The notes under the pieces: model-generated
What the model was told of the DNA's origin: nothing
Databases searched by the model: none
The model's input: only the letters and a program-made list of their open reading frames with translations
Made by a program: the position numbers and the translations under genes
Assembly (NCBI GenBank): GCA_963716255.1
Contig: OY970303.1
Coordinates: 1,632,001-1,696,000, forward strand
Direction: 5' to 3'
Length of the DNA stretch: 64,000 nt
DNA from: an uncultured Gemmatimonadales bacterium
GTDB lineage: Bacteria > Gemmatimonadota > Gemmatimonadetes > Longimicrobiales > Longimicrobiaceae
In this document: positions 41,044-51,456 of the stretch, piece after piece
Position numbering within the stretch: the stretch's first letter is position 1
Layout of the letters: every line of letters starts with the position of its first letter

Positions 41044-42068
41044 AGCGCGTGGTGAGCTTCGGGGAACTGATGCTGCGGCTTTCGCCTCCGGGCGACGAGC
41101 GGCTCTTCCAGTCGCCGGCTCTCCGCACCTTCTTCGGGGGGAGCGAGGCCAACGTGGCGGCCAGCCTGGCCCACTTCGGCATGCGCAGCGACTACGTCAC
41201 CCGCATCCCCGTGGGCCCGGTGGGCGACGCCGCCGTGGCCGCGCTGCGCGCGGAGGGCGTGGGGGTCCGGGGCATCGTGCGCGGCGGCGACCGGCTGGGG
41301 ATCTACTTCGTGGAATCGGGCTCGGACCTGCGGCCCATGCGCGTCGTGTACGACCGCGCGGGCTCGGCGTTCAGCCAGGCGGACCCGGCGGAGCTGGACT
41401 GGGAGCGGCTGCTGGGCGGGGCCGACTGGCTCCACCTGTCCGGGATCACCCCGGCGCTGGGCGAGGGCCCAGCCGCCGCCGCCCGCGAGGCCGTGGCCGC
41501 GGCGCGCGCGCTGGGCGTGCGGACCAGCGTGGACCTCAACTACCGCCCCGCCCTGTGGACCGGCCGCGACCCGCGACCCGTGGCGCGCGAGCTGGTCCGC
41601 GACTGCTCGCTGCTGGTGGGCAACCCGGGCGCCGTGTCGGCCATGCTGGGCATCGACACCGCGGGGGCCAGGCCGGAGCCGCCGGAGGCGCTGCGCGCCA
41701 CGGCGGAGCGCATCGAGGCGGAGCTGGGGTGCGCGGCGGTCGCGCTCACCCGCCGCGAGGTGATCTCGGCGAGCGAGCACGGCTGGAGCGCCGTGCTGCA
41801 CGACCGCCGCTCCGGCGAGCTGCACGAGAGCCGCCGCTGGCAGGTGCGCGTGGTGGACCGGGTGGGGGGCGGCGACAGCTTCGTCGCCGCCCTCGTCCAC
41901 GCGCTGCTGTCCGGCCGCGCCGGCGGCGACGCCCTGGAGTTCGCGACCGCCGCCAGCGCCCTCAAGCTGACCATTCCCGGCGACTTCAACCGCGTCACGG
42001 CGGACGAGGTCGAGCGCGTCCTGCAATCCACCCCGTCCAGGCCGCCCCGGCCGGAAGCGACCCCATGA
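41040..42068 (+). CDS. kdgK: 2-keto-3-deoxygluconate kinase (PfkB)
   Basis: [45 protein letters not shown]. Confidence 0.92.
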   Translation: MKRVVSFGELMLRLSPPGDERLFQSPALRTFFGGSEANVAASLAHFGMRSDYVTRIPVGPVGDAAVAALRAEGVGVRGIVRGGDRLGIYFVESGSDLRPMRVVYDRAGSAFSQADPAELDWERLLGGADWLHLSGITPALGEGPAAAAREAVAAARALGVRTSVDLNYRPALWTGRDPRPVARELVRDCSLLVGNPGAVSAMLGIDTAGARPEPPEALRATAERIEAELGCAAVALTRREVISASEHGWSAVLHDRRSGELHESRRWQVRVVDRVGGGDSFVAALVHALLSGRAGGDALEFATAASALKLTIPGDFNRVTADEVERVLQSTPSRPPRPEATP

Positions 42069-42147
42069 GCCCCCTCCCCTCGTCCCCCCTCCGGCCGCCG
42101 AATTCGCCGCGGCGCCCGACGCCAACGCGGTCCCGCGGACGGAGGAG

Positions 42148-43419
42148 GTGCCGCCTCCGCCGCAGTTCGGCTACCGCTGGACCATCTGCGCGCTGCTCTT
42201 CTTCGCGACCACGATCAACTACGTCGACCGCCAGGTGCTCGGCATCCTGGCGCCGACGCTGACGCGCGAGCTGGGGTGGTCGGAGACGGCGTACGGCGAC
42301 ATCGTCTCGTGGTTCAGCTTCGCCTACGCGATCGGCTTCCTGGGGATGGGCCGCATCCTGGACCGCTACGGGGTGCGGCGGGGATTCGCCGGCGCCATCG
42401 TGGCCTGGAGCCTGGCGGCCATGTCGCACGCCCTGGCGACCACCACGGCCGGCTTCTCGTACGCGCGCCTGGCGCTGGGGCTGGGCGAGTCGGGGAACTT
42501 CCCGGGCGCGATCAAGGCCACGGCGGAGTGGTTCCCCAGGAAGGAGCGCGCCTTCGCCACCGGGATCTTCAACGCGGGAAGCAACATCGGCGCGATCGTC
42601 ACCCCGCTCACGGTGCCGTGGATCGCGCTCCACTACGGGTGGCGCGAGGCCTTCGTGGCCACCGGCGCGCTGGGGTTCGTGTGGCTGGTCTTCTGGCTCC
42701 TGATCTACCGCGAGCCGGAAAAGCACCCGCGGGTGTCGGCGGCGGAGCTTGCGTACATCCGCAGCGACCCGCAGGAGCGCAGCGAGCCGGTGAGGTGGCT
42801 GAGCCTGCTGTCGCACCGCCAGACGTGGGCGTTCGTGCTGGGCAAGTTCCTCACCGACCCCATCTGGTGGTTCTATCTGTACTGGCTCCCCAAGTTCCTG
42901 GACGCGCGCTTCGGGGTGGAGCTGGCGGCGGTGGCGCTCCCGCTCATCGTCATCTACCTGGTGGCCGACGTGGGCTCGGTGTTCGGCGGGTGGCTGTCCA
43001 GCGCGCTGATCAAGCGCGGCTGGAGCGTGAACGCGGGGCGCAAGACGGCCATGCTGATCGCGGCGCTGCTCATCGTCCCCACCATGTTCGCGCCCGCGGC
43101 GGGGAGCCTGTGGACGGCGGTGGCCATCGTCAGCGTGGCGGCGGCGGCGCACCAGTGGTGGTCGGCGAACATCTTCACCACCGCCAGCGACATGTTCCCG
43201 CGCCGCGCGGTCGCCAGCGTGGTGGGGCTGGGCGGCTTCGCCGGCGCAATGGGCGGCGTGCTCTTCCAGCGCGCCACGGGGCGCATCCTGGAGGCCACCG
43301 GCAACAACTACGCGGTCATCTTCACCGTCTGCGGGCTGGCGTACGTCACCGCGCTGCTGGTGATGCACCTGCTGGCTCCCAGGCTGGAGCCGGCGAAGCT
43401 GGACGCCGCCGCGGCCTGA
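42148..43419 (+). CDS. exuT: MFS hexuronate transporter (ExuT-like); start uncertain
   Basis: [52 protein letters not shown]. Confidence 0.85.
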   Translation: MPPPPQFGYRWTICALLFFATTINYVDRQVLGILAPTLTRELGWSETAYGDIVSWFSFAYAIGFLGMGRILDRYGVRRGFAGAIVAWSLAAMSHALATTTAGFSYARLALGLGESGNFPGAIKATAEWFPRKERAFATGIFNAGSNIGAIVTPLTVPWIALHYGWREAFVATGALGFVWLVFWLLIYREPEKHPRVSAAELAYIRSDPQERSEPVRWLSLLSHRQTWAFVLGKFLTDPIWWFYLYWLPKFLDARFGVELAAVALPLIVIYLVADVGSVFGGWLSSALIKRGWSVNAGRKTAMLIAALLIVPTMFAPAAGSLWTAVAIVSVAAAAHQWWSANIFTTASDMFPRRAVASVVGLGGFAGAMGGVLFQRATGRILEATGNNYAVIFTVCGLAYVTALLVMHLLAPRLEPAKLDAAAA

Positions 43420-43467
43420 CCGATGCGGCCCCCGCTCCCGGACCGTCCCGCCCGCTCTGCTCCCCAA

Positions 43468-43488
43468 TTTGGCCGGGGAGCGAACAAA
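43468..43488. promoter_or_regulatory. Operator-like site TTTGGCC-N7-GAACAAA upstream of the first SusC-like gene
   Basis: Matches the 35461 motif with 2 mismatches in the left arm. Confidence 0.55.
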
Positions 43489-43604
43489 TCGCGCGCTCCC
43501 GCCCCGCGCGTGGCCGTGCGGCCGCGGACCCCCTCCCCGGGGCCCGCGGCCGCTGCGTCTCACCCCTCTCGTCGCAGTGCTTCACCTATCCCAGGAGAGC
43601 CAAG

Positions 43605-46600
43605 ATGAGCCTGACGCGTACGCTCGCCCTCGCCGCCGCGCTGCTCTGCTCCGTGCAGGCGGCGCTCGCCCAGGGCGGAACGGGAAGCATCACGGGCACG
43701 GTGTTCCAGGGCCAGACCGCCACCCCGGTGGCGGACGCCGCGGTGTCGGTGGACGGCTCCTCGCGGGGCGCGGTGACCGGGGCGGACGGCCGCTTCGCCC
43801 TGGCCGGGGTGAGCGCCGGGCGCCACACGGTGCGGGCGAGCAAGCCCGGCTACGGCACGGTGGAGCAGGCGGTGACGGTGGCCGCGGGGGAGGCCGCCGG
43901 GGTGACGCTGCGGCTGGAGGCGGCGGCGGTGCAGCTGCAGGGGCTGGTGGCGGTGGGGTACGGGAGCCAGCGGCGGCGCGACGTGACCGGCGCCGTGGCG
44001 TCGGTGAGCGCGGAAGCGCTGGAAAGGACGCCGGTGTCCTCGCTCGACCAGCTGCTGCAGGGGACGGCGGCGGGCGTCAGCGTGACGCAGGCCTCCAGCG
44101 CCCCGGGCGGCGGCATCTCCATCCGCGTGCGCGGCGCCAGCTCCATCAGCGGCAACAGCGAGCCGCTGTACGTCGTGGACGGCTTCCCCATCGAGAACGA
44201 CCCGGACGCCGCCTCCCCGGGGAACGGCGGGCGGGCGACGGCGTCCGTCCCCTCCAACCCGCTGGCGTCGCTGAACCCGCAGGACATCGAGTCGCTGCAG
44301 GTGCTCAAGGACGCCTCGGCGACGGCGATCTACGGGGCGCGCGGGGCCAACGGCGTGGTCATCATCACCACCAGGAAGGGGCGCGCGGGGCGGCCGCAGG
44401 TGGCCTTCGACGCGTACACGGGGGTGCAGGACGTGGCCCACCGCTACGACCTGCTGGGCGCCGACGAGCTGGCCGTCGCCATGAACGAGGCGGCGGTCGA
44501 CGCGGGCGGCTCGCCCATCTTCGCGCAGCGCTTCATCGACTCGGTGGGAGGGGGGACCGACTGGCAGGACCAGATCTTCCGCAGCGCGCCGGTGAGGAGC
44601 TTCCAGGGCTCGGTCTCCGGCGGGAGCGCGGGCGACAACTACACTCGCTACGCCGTCTCGGGCGGCTGGTTCGACCAGCAGGGCGTGGTGATGGGCTCGG
44701 CCTTCGAGCGGCTGTCCGTCCGCGCCAACCTGGAGCAGGGGATCGGGGAGCGCTTCCGCTTCGGGAGCAACCTGTCGGGGAGCCGGGTCAACACCAGCTT
44801 CATCCCCACCGACGGCGAAAGCAACCGGCGCGCAGGCGCCGTGGGCGCGGCCATCCAGTCGTACCCCTTCCTCCCGCCGCGGCTGGCGGACGGGCGCTAC
44901 CCGTACCAGGGGCGCGACCTGGCCACGCTGGGGCTCCCCAACCCCGGCGCGGCGGAGCTGGTGAACCCGGTGTCGCTGGTGGAGGAGGTGAGCGACGAGC
45001 TGGGCGACACCCGGCTGCTGGGGAACGCCTTCGGCGAGATGGAGGTGCTGCGCGGGCTGCGCGCGCGCGTCTCGCTGGGCGCGGACTACTCCAGCCGCTT
45101 CCGCGACACCTACTACCCGCGCACCACCCGGCGCGGCGAGGAGGCCGGCGGCGAGGCGATCCGCGGCCGCGCCGAGATCACCTCGTTCCTCAACGAGAAC
45201 ACCCTCAACTACCAGGGCGGCTTCGGCGACGCGCACCAGCTGGACCTGCTGGCCGGCTACACCCGGCAGAGCAACGAGACGGTGCGCAGCAACGTGTCCG
45301 GCACCGACTTCGTCACCGACGCCACCGGCTTCGACGACATCTCCGCGGCGCGCGTGCGCGGCACCCCCACCTCCGACCGCCAGCGCTGGACGCTGGAGTC
45401 GTGGCTGGGGCGCGCCAACTACACGCTGCTGGACCGCTACCTGTTCACCGCCACCGGGCGCATGGACGGGTCCTCGCGCTTCGGCAAGGGAAGCAAGTGG
45501 GGCTTCTTCCCCTCGGCGGCGCTGGGGTGGCGCGTCTCGGACGAGCCCTTCCTCCGCGACGCCATCGCCCTGGACGAGCTGAAGCTGCGCGCCTCGTACG
45601 GCCTGGCCGGCAACCCCGGCATCCGCCCGTACCAGTCGCTGGCGCGCCTGGTGGGGACGCCGTACAGCTTCGGCGGGCAGGCCGTCACCGGCTACTACCC
45701 CATCGGCGTCGCCAACGACGAGCTGACCTGGGAGACCACCCGCCAGCTGGACCTGGGCGTGGACCTGGGCGTCTTCGACCGCGCCACGCTCACGTTCGAC
45801 TGGTACGACAAGCGCACCGAGGACCTGCTGCTCACGGTGGACCTGCCCTCCGAATCGGGGTTCGCGCGGGCGCTGGTGAACGCCGGCTCGGTCAGGAACC
45901 GCGGCGTGGAGCTGGCACTCTCCGTGGACGTGCTGCGCGGCGGGGCGGACGGGCCGCGGCCGCGCTGGAGCACCGGCTTCACCTTCGCCCGCAACCGCAA
46001 CGAGGTGCTGGACCTGGGCGGCGACGACGTGGAGATCCGCGCTTCCACCATCAGCGACGACTTCAAGCTGGGCGGCACCGTGGTGCGGAAGGGCGAGCCC
46101 ATCGGCGTGTTCGTGGGCTACCGCACGGCGGGGATCGTCCGCGACTCGGCCCAGGCGGCCTCCCTCTCCGCGATCGTCAACCGGGTGACCAACGCCCCCT
46201 GGCGCCCGGGCGACGTGCTCTTCGTGGACGCCAACGGCGACAACATCATCGACGCCGCCGACCGCGGCGTCATCGGCAACCCGCACCCCGACTTCACACT
46301 GGGGTGGCAGAACACGGTGGGGTGGCGCGGCTGGGAGCTGTCCGGGCTGCTGCAGGGCACCTACGGCAACGACATCCTCAACCTCAACCTGTGGCGCCTC
46401 ACCGGCGGCGACCTGGCGACCAACGTGCTCCGCGAGCGCTTCGAGGACCGCTGGACGCCCGAGACCCCGGACGCGTCGTTCCCGCGCTTCGGCGTCAACA
46501 CCGTGGGCGCCGGCACCACCGACTACAACGACCAGATCATCGAGGACGGCTCGTACCTCCGCCTGAAGACGCTGTCGCTGGCGTACGAGATCCCCTCCGG

Positions 46601-46793
46601 GTGGATCCGGGGCCGCGGCTTCAGCCGGGCGCGCCTGTACGTGACGGGCACCAACCTCCTCACCTGGACCGACTACCGGGGCTTCGACCCGGAGGTGAGC
46701 AGCTTCGGCGTCGGCAACCTGAACCGGGGGATCGACATCGGCGCCTACCCGGCGTCGCGGTCGGTGATCCTGGGCGTCAACTTCGCCTACTGA
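43605..46793 (+). CDS. SusC/RagA family TonB-dependent transporter (copy 1)
   Basis: Signal peptide, VGYG, PLYVVDG, LKDASATAIYGARGANGVVIITT, DGSSRF, LTWETT, IEDGSYLRLK. Confidence 0.95.
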   Translation: MSLTRTLALAAALLCSVQAALAQGGTGSITGTVFQGQTATPVADAAVSVDGSSRGAVTGADGRFALAGVSAGRHTVRASKPGYGTVEQAVTVAAGEAAGVTLRLEAAAVQLQGLVAVGYGSQRRRDVTGAVASVSAEALERTPVSSLDQLLQGTAAGVSVTQASSAPGGGISIRVRGASSISGNSEPLYVVDGFPIENDPDAASPGNGGRATASVPSNPLASLNPQDIESLQVLKDASATAIYGARGANGVVIITTRKGRAGRPQVAFDAYTGVQDVAHRYDLLGADELAVAMNEAAVDAGGSPIFAQRFIDSVGGGTDWQDQIFRSAPVRSFQGSVSGGSAGDNYTRYAVSGGWFDQQGVVMGSAFERLSVRANLEQGIGERFRFGSNLSGSRVNTSFIPTDGESNRRAGAVGAAIQSYPFLPPRLADGRYPYQGRDLATLGLPNPGAAELVNPVSLVEEVSDELGDTRLLGNAFGEMEVLRGLRARVSLGADYSSRFRDTYYPRTTRRGEEAGGEAIRGRAEITSFLNENTLNYQGGFGDAHQLDLLAGYTRQSNETVRSNVSGTDFVTDATGFDDISAARVRGTPTSDRQRWTLESWLGRANYTLLDRYLFTATGRMDGSSRFGKGSKWGFFPSAALGWRVSDEPFLRDAIALDELKLRASYGLAGNPGIRPYQSLARLVGTPYSFGGQAVTGYYPIGVANDELTWETTRQLDLGVDLGVFDRATLTFDWYDKRTEDLLLTVDLPSESGFARALVNAGSVRNRGVELALSVDVLRGGADGPRPRWSTGFTFARNRNEVLDLGGDDVEIRASTISDDFKLGGTVVRKGEPIGVFVGYRTAGIVRDSAQAASLSAIVNRVTNAPWRPGDVLFVDANGDNIIDAADRGVIGNPHPDFTLGWQNTVGWRGWELSGLLQGTYGNDILNLNLWRLTGGDLATNVLRERFEDRWTPETPDASFPRFGVNTVGAGTTDYNDQIIEDGSYLRLKTLSLAYEIPSGWIRGRGFSRARLYVTGTNLLTWTDYRGFDPEVSSFGVGNLNRGIDIGAYPASRSVILGVNFAY

Positions 46794-46809
46794 GCCGGGA
46801 GCGACGACC

Positions 46810-48432
46810 ATGGACAAGCGCATTCTCGCACTCGCGGTGCTGGGCTCGCTGGCGTCGGTCACGGCGTGCGGCGACGACTACCTCACCGAGGTCCCCTACT
46901 CCTTCGTGTCGCCGGCCAACCTGTTCACCACCACGGACGGGGCGCTGGCGGCGCTCTCCGGCGCCTACGCGGCGTTCCAGGCGGACGTGGAGGAGCTGGG
47001 GATCGACGACACCGAGTACTACGGCCGCCACTACTGGATGCTGGTGGAGTACCCCACCGAGGTGATGACCGTCCGCCTGGGCGCCACCAACGAGCGCACC
47101 CTGCCGGACATCTTCCGGGTGGACCCCGCGCACAACTACATCATCGGCGTGTGGCAGTCCGCCTACCACGCCGTGAACCGCGCCAACTCGGTGATCGACA
47201 ACGTGCCGGGGGTGCCGGGGATGGACCCGGCGCTCCGCGACCGGGTGGTGGCCGAGGCGAAGTTCCTGCGCGCCTACCACTACTTCAACCTGGTGCGCCT
47301 CTTCGGCGACGTCCCCCTGTTCCTGAGCGAGACCCGGTCGCTGGCCGACGTGCGCAGGCCGCGCTCGCCGCAGGCGGAGGTGTACCGCGCCATCGTCGCC
47401 GACCTGGAGGCCGCCATCCCCGCGCTCCCCGCGCGCTACACCGGGCGCGACGTGGGCCGCGCCACCGCCGGGGCCGCGCGGGCGCTGCTCGCCAAGGTGC
47501 AGCTCCAGTACGGCGCCGTGGGCGGCGGGGGCGCCGCCGCCTTCCAGCAGGCGGAGCGCCGCGCGCGCGAGGTGGTGGCGGCCGGGACGTACAGCCTGCT
47601 CGCCAGTTATGCCTCGGTGTTCGACCAGAACAACGAGAACAACGCCGAGGTGATCTTCGACATCCAGAACACCCGCACGCCCGGCGGCGGCGGCTTCCTG
47701 TGCGACCAGTTCGCGCCGCGCCCGCTGGAGAACCAGGCCAACTTCCCCTGGTGCGACAGCCAGAACCCCTCCTTCGGGGTGGAGTGGCCCTTCTACTACA
47801 GCTACGACCCGGCGGACACGCGCAGGGCGGCCACCTGGCTGCTGGGCTACACCAAGCGCAACGGGGTGGCGGTGACGTGGGACTCCACGGCCACGGCGGT
47901 GAACAACTACGGCCACTTCTCGCCGGTGCCGCAGAAGTACATCGACAAGGTGCCGGGGGCGCAGGACGGCGCCGAGGAGCCCAACTTCATCCTCCTCCGC
48001 TACGCCGACGTGCTCCTGTCGCTCGCCGAAGCCATCAACGAGAACGCCGGCCCCACGGCGGAAGCGTACGCGCTGGTCAACCAGGTGCGGGCGCGGGCCC
48101 GGGTGCCGGCGCTCCCCGCCGGGCTGTCCAGGCAGGCGTTCAAGGACGCGCTGTTCCTGGAGCGGCGCTTCGAGCTCGCCATGGAAGGGCACGGGCACTT
48201 CGACTCGCAGCGCAACTGGGCGTGGGCAAAGGCGCGCATCGAGCAGTACTCCAGCAACGCGGCGCGGACGACGTGGAACCGGCCGCGGCCGGCGGGCTGC
48301 GGCAACTGCATCGCGCGGGACAGCAGCGTGCCCAAGGTGACGCTGTCGCTGACCGACCGGGACCGGTTCTACCCGATCCCGCAGGCGGCGATCGACTCCA
48401 ATCCCCTGTTGACGCAGAACCCGGGGTATTGA
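46810..48432 (+). CDS. SusD/RagB family lipoprotein (copy 1)
   Basis: Lipobox VTAC, EAKFLRAYHYFNLVRLFGDVP, RYADVLL..AEA, ERRFELAMEG, QNPGY. Confidence 0.95.
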   Translation: MDKRILALAVLGSLASVTACGDDYLTEVPYSFVSPANLFTTTDGALAALSGAYAAFQADVEELGIDDTEYYGRHYWMLVEYPTEVMTVRLGATNERTLPDIFRVDPAHNYIIGVWQSAYHAVNRANSVIDNVPGVPGMDPALRDRVVAEAKFLRAYHYFNLVRLFGDVPLFLSETRSLADVRRPRSPQAEVYRAIVADLEAAIPALPARYTGRDVGRATAGAARALLAKVQLQYGAVGGGGAAAFQQAERRAREVVAAGTYSLLASYASVFDQNNENNAEVIFDIQNTRTPGGGGFLCDQFAPRPLENQANFPWCDSQNPSFGVEWPFYYSYDPADTRRAATWLLGYTKRNGVAVTWDSTATAVNNYGHFSPVPQKYIDKVPGAQDGAEEPNFILLRYADVLLSLAEAINENAGPTAEAYALVNQVRARARVPALPAGLSRQAFKDALFLERRFELAMEGHGHFDSQRNWAWAKARIEQYSSNAARTTWNRPRPAGCGNCIARDSSVPKVTLSLTDRDRFYPIPQAAIDSNPLLTQNPGY

Positions 48433-48459
48433 GTGGTGCCTGCTTTTAAAGATGGGTTT

Positions 48460-48803
48460 GGGCGTGCCCCCGGCGGGCGCCGGGGTCGGGCTGCGCGCGG
48501 AGTAACGCACGAAACAACCGTGCGTAACTCCGCCGAGCCCCGCGGAAACAGCCCCGCGGGTCTCGGCCCTGCCGGGCGCGCATCCCTCACGCGGGGTTTG
48601 GAGCTGGCGTCGGCGGGGCCCCCACCCGGCGGCCTTAGAGCCGCCACCCTCCCCCAATTCTGGGGGAGGGCTTCCTGTACCTCACCATCCGCCGTGTCGT
48701 TCTCCCCCTCCCCCCTTGCGGGGGAGGGAGTCGGGGGAGGGGGGTTGCCGTTGCCGTTCTCCCCCTCTCCCCTCGTGGGAGAGGGGGCCGGGGGGTGAGG
48801 GGG
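48460..48803 (+). repeat. Composite intergenic repeat copy 5 (A at 48460-48593, C, two reverse B)
   Basis: Most divergent module A copy. The last B hairpin overlaps the GH43 start codon. Confidence 0.9.
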
Positions 48804-50423
48804 GCCACCCTCCTCGCCGCGCTGCTCCTCGCCTCCTGCGCGCCCGTCGCCATATCCCCCGCGCCATCATCCGCCGACACCGCACCGGCGTGGAGCCCGC
48901 ACCTGGGGGGCGGGCGGTACCGCAACCCCGTCGTGTTCGCGGACTACTCCGACCCGGACGTGGTGCGCGTGGGCGACGACTTCTACATGACGGCGTCCAG
49001 CTTCGGGTCCTTCCCCGCCCTCCCCATCCTGCACTCGCGGGACCTGGTGAGCTGGACGCTGGTGAACCACGCCATCCCGCGCTTCCCGGATCCCGCGTTC
49101 GACGCGCCGCAGCACGGCAACGGGGTGTGGGCGCCGTCCATCCGTTTCCACGACGGGTGGTTCTGGATCTTCTACGGCGACCCGGACCGCGGCATCTACA
49201 GGGTGAGGACGCGCGACGTGCGCGGCGCGTGGGAGCCGCCGGTGCTGGTCAAGGCGGCGAAGGGGTGGATCGACCCGGCGCCGCTCTGGGACGACGACGG
49301 CAGCGCGTACCTGGTGCACGCCTTCGCGCGCAGCCGCTCCGGGATCAAGCACGTGCTGCACGTCGCCCGCATGAGCCCGGACGGCACGGGCCTGCTGGAC
49401 GAGGGGCGGCTGGTGTTCGGCGACTCCGTGCGGCACCCCACCATGGAGGGGCCAAAGCTGTACAAGCGCGGCGGCTGGTACTACGTGTTCGCGCCGGCCG
49501 GCGGCGTCCCCACCGGCTGGCAGACGGTGCTGCGCTCCCGCAGCATCTACGGGCCGTACGAGGACCGCATCGTCCTGGCGCAGGGGAGCACCCCCGTGAA
49601 CGGGCCGCACCAGGGCGGCTGGGTGGACACGCCCACGGGCGAGGACTGGTTCCTCCACTTCCAGGACCGCGGCGCCTACGGGCGCATCGTCCACCTGCAG
49701 CCCATGGCGTGGAAGGACGGCTGGCCGGTGATGGGCGCCGACGCGGACGGCGACGGCACGGGCGAGCCCGTCCCGGAGTTCCGCGTGCCGGACGTGGGCC
49801 GCGCGTATCCGCCCGCGGTCCCGCAGACCACCGACGAGTTCGGCGAGCCCGGCATGGGGCTCCAGTGGCAGTGGAACGCCAACCCGCGCCCCGAGTGGTA
49901 CTCGCTGGCGGCGCGCGCCGGCTGGCTGCGCATGCCCTCACAGGCGCTCCCCGACACCTCGGAGAACCTGTGGCCCGTCCCCGGCCTCCTCCTGCAGAAG
50001 CTCCCCGCGCCCCGCTTCACGGCCACCACGCGCGTGGACTTCCGCCCCGCGGCGGAGGGCGAGCGGGCCGGCCTGGTGCTGCTGGGGCTGGACTACGCGT
50101 ACCTGGCGCTGCGCCGCACCGCGGACGGCGTGGAGCTGGTGCAGGCCCGCGCAGCGGACGCGCACCAGGCCAGCGCCGAGACCTCCGTGCGGCTCCCCGC
50201 CCCCACCGGCCCGCTCTTCCTGCGCGTCGCCGTGGGCGACAGCTCGGTCGCGCGCTGGTCGTTCAGCCGCGACGGCGTGCGCTTCCAGCCGGTCGGCGAG
50301 CCCTTCCGGGCGCGCGAGGGCCGCTGGGTGGGCGCGCGCGTGGGGCTGTTCGCCGTCCGCCCGCGCGCCGCCGCCCCCGGCGGCCACGCCGACTTCGACT
50401 TCTTCCGGGTGGGAGCGCCGTGA
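48795..50423 (+). CDS. GH43 family glycoside hydrolase lipoprotein
   Basis: Lipobox LASC, DYSDPDV, GVWAPS, IDP, EGP, GPHQG. Confidence 0.9.
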   Translation: MRGATLLAALLLASCAPVAISPAPSSADTAPAWSPHLGGGRYRNPVVFADYSDPDVVRVGDDFYMTASSFGSFPALPILHSRDLVSWTLVNHAIPRFPDPAFDAPQHGNGVWAPSIRFHDGWFWIFYGDPDRGIYRVRTRDVRGAWEPPVLVKAAKGWIDPAPLWDDDGSAYLVHAFARSRSGIKHVLHVARMSPDGTGLLDEGRLVFGDSVRHPTMEGPKLYKRGGWYYVFAPAGGVPTGWQTVLRSRSIYGPYEDRIVLAQGSTPVNGPHQGGWVDTPTGEDWFLHFQDRGAYGRIVHLQPMAWKDGWPVMGADADGDGTGEPVPEFRVPDVGRAYPPAVPQTTDEFGEPGMGLQWQWNANPRPEWYSLAARAGWLRMPSQALPDTSENLWPVPGLLLQKLPAPRFTATTRVDFRPAAEGERAGLVLLGLDYAYLALRRTADGVELVQARAADAHQASAETSVRLPAPTGPLFLRVAVGDSSVARWSFSRDGVRFQPVGEPFRAREGRWVGARVGLFAVRPRAAAPGGHADFDFFRVGAP

Positions 50424-50427
50424 CGGC

Positions 50428-50623
50428 GCCCCCCTCACCCGGCTCGCTTGAGGCTCGCCACCCTCTCCCAAATTCTGGGCGAGGGGGCCTGCCGCGTGAG
50501 GGATTTCGGCCCGAAGGGGCGAGACCCGGCGGCAGTTTGCCGGGGCTCGACTCCGTTGAGCAGCGTTGTTTGCTGCTCTACGGAGCCGAAGCCCGACCCC
50601 CGCGCCCCGCGGGGGGCACGCCC
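50428..50623 (-). repeat. Composite intergenic repeat copy 6 (C plus reverse A at 50493-50623)
   Basis: Same modules. Confidence 0.9.
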
Positions 50624-50682
50624 GAACCCGTAGCTCGAAGCCGTTCACCCGGTCGAGCAAGACTTCTTCAACGATCAAAAGC

Positions 50683-51456
50683 ATGCGACACCTGCGCGTC
50701 CTCCTCCCGCTCCTCCTGCTGCTCGCGGCCTTCGCCCTGCCCGAGCGGCCGACGACCCTGTACCTGGCCGGCGACTCCACGCTGGCGCACAAGCTGGTCA
50801 CGCGCCGCCCGGAGACCGGCTGGGGCGAAGCACTGCAGCAGTACTTCGACGTGGACCAGGTGCGCGTGGAGAACCACGCCCGCAACGGCCGCAGCACGCG
50901 CACCTTCATCGAGGAGGGACGCTGGCAGGCGCTGGTGGAGGCGCTGAAGCCGGGCGACTACGTGTTCATCCAGTTCGGCCACAACGACGAGTCCGTGGAA
51001 AAGGCCGACCGATACACCCCGCCCGCCGACTTCCGCCGCAACCTGGCGCGCTTCGTCGACGAGGCCCGCGGGAAGGGGGCGAACCCGGTGCTGCTCACCC
51101 CCGTGCGCCGCCGCAGGTTCGACCCGGCCGGCACGCTGGTGGACACCCACGGCGAGTACCCGGCGCTGGTGCGCGCCGTGGCCAGGGAGCAGCGCGTGCC
51201 GCTGATCGACATGCACGCCCGGAGCGCGCAGGCCCTTGCCGCCCGCGGCGTGGAGGGATCGCGCGCGCTCTTCCTCCAACTCAAAGCCGGCGAGAACGCC
51301 AACTACCCGCGGGGGATCGAGGACAACACCCACTTCTCGCCGCTGGGGGCGGAGGTGATGGCCGCGCTGGCGGCGGAGGGGATCCGCGAAGCCGGGCTGG
51401 GGATCGCCGGCTTCCTCAAGACGCAGGCGCCCGCCGCCGCGCCGGGGCAGCCGTGA
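50683..51456 (+). CDS. Rhamnogalacturonan/pectin acetylesterase (CE12, SGNH)
   Basis: LAGDST, GWG, GRSTRTF, IQFGHND, DNTHF. Confidence 0.92.
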   Translation: MRHLRVLLPLLLLLAAFALPERPTTLYLAGDSTLAHKLVTRRPETGWGEALQQYFDVDQVRVENHARNGRSTRTFIEEGRWQALVEALKPGDYVFIQFGHNDESVEKADRYTPPADFRRNLARFVDEARGKGANPVLLTPVRRRRFDPAGTLVDTHGEYPALVRAVAREQRVPLIDMHARSAQALAARGVEGSRALFLQLKAGENANYPRGIEDNTHFSPLGAEVMAALAAEGIREAGLGIAGFLKTQAPAAAPGQP

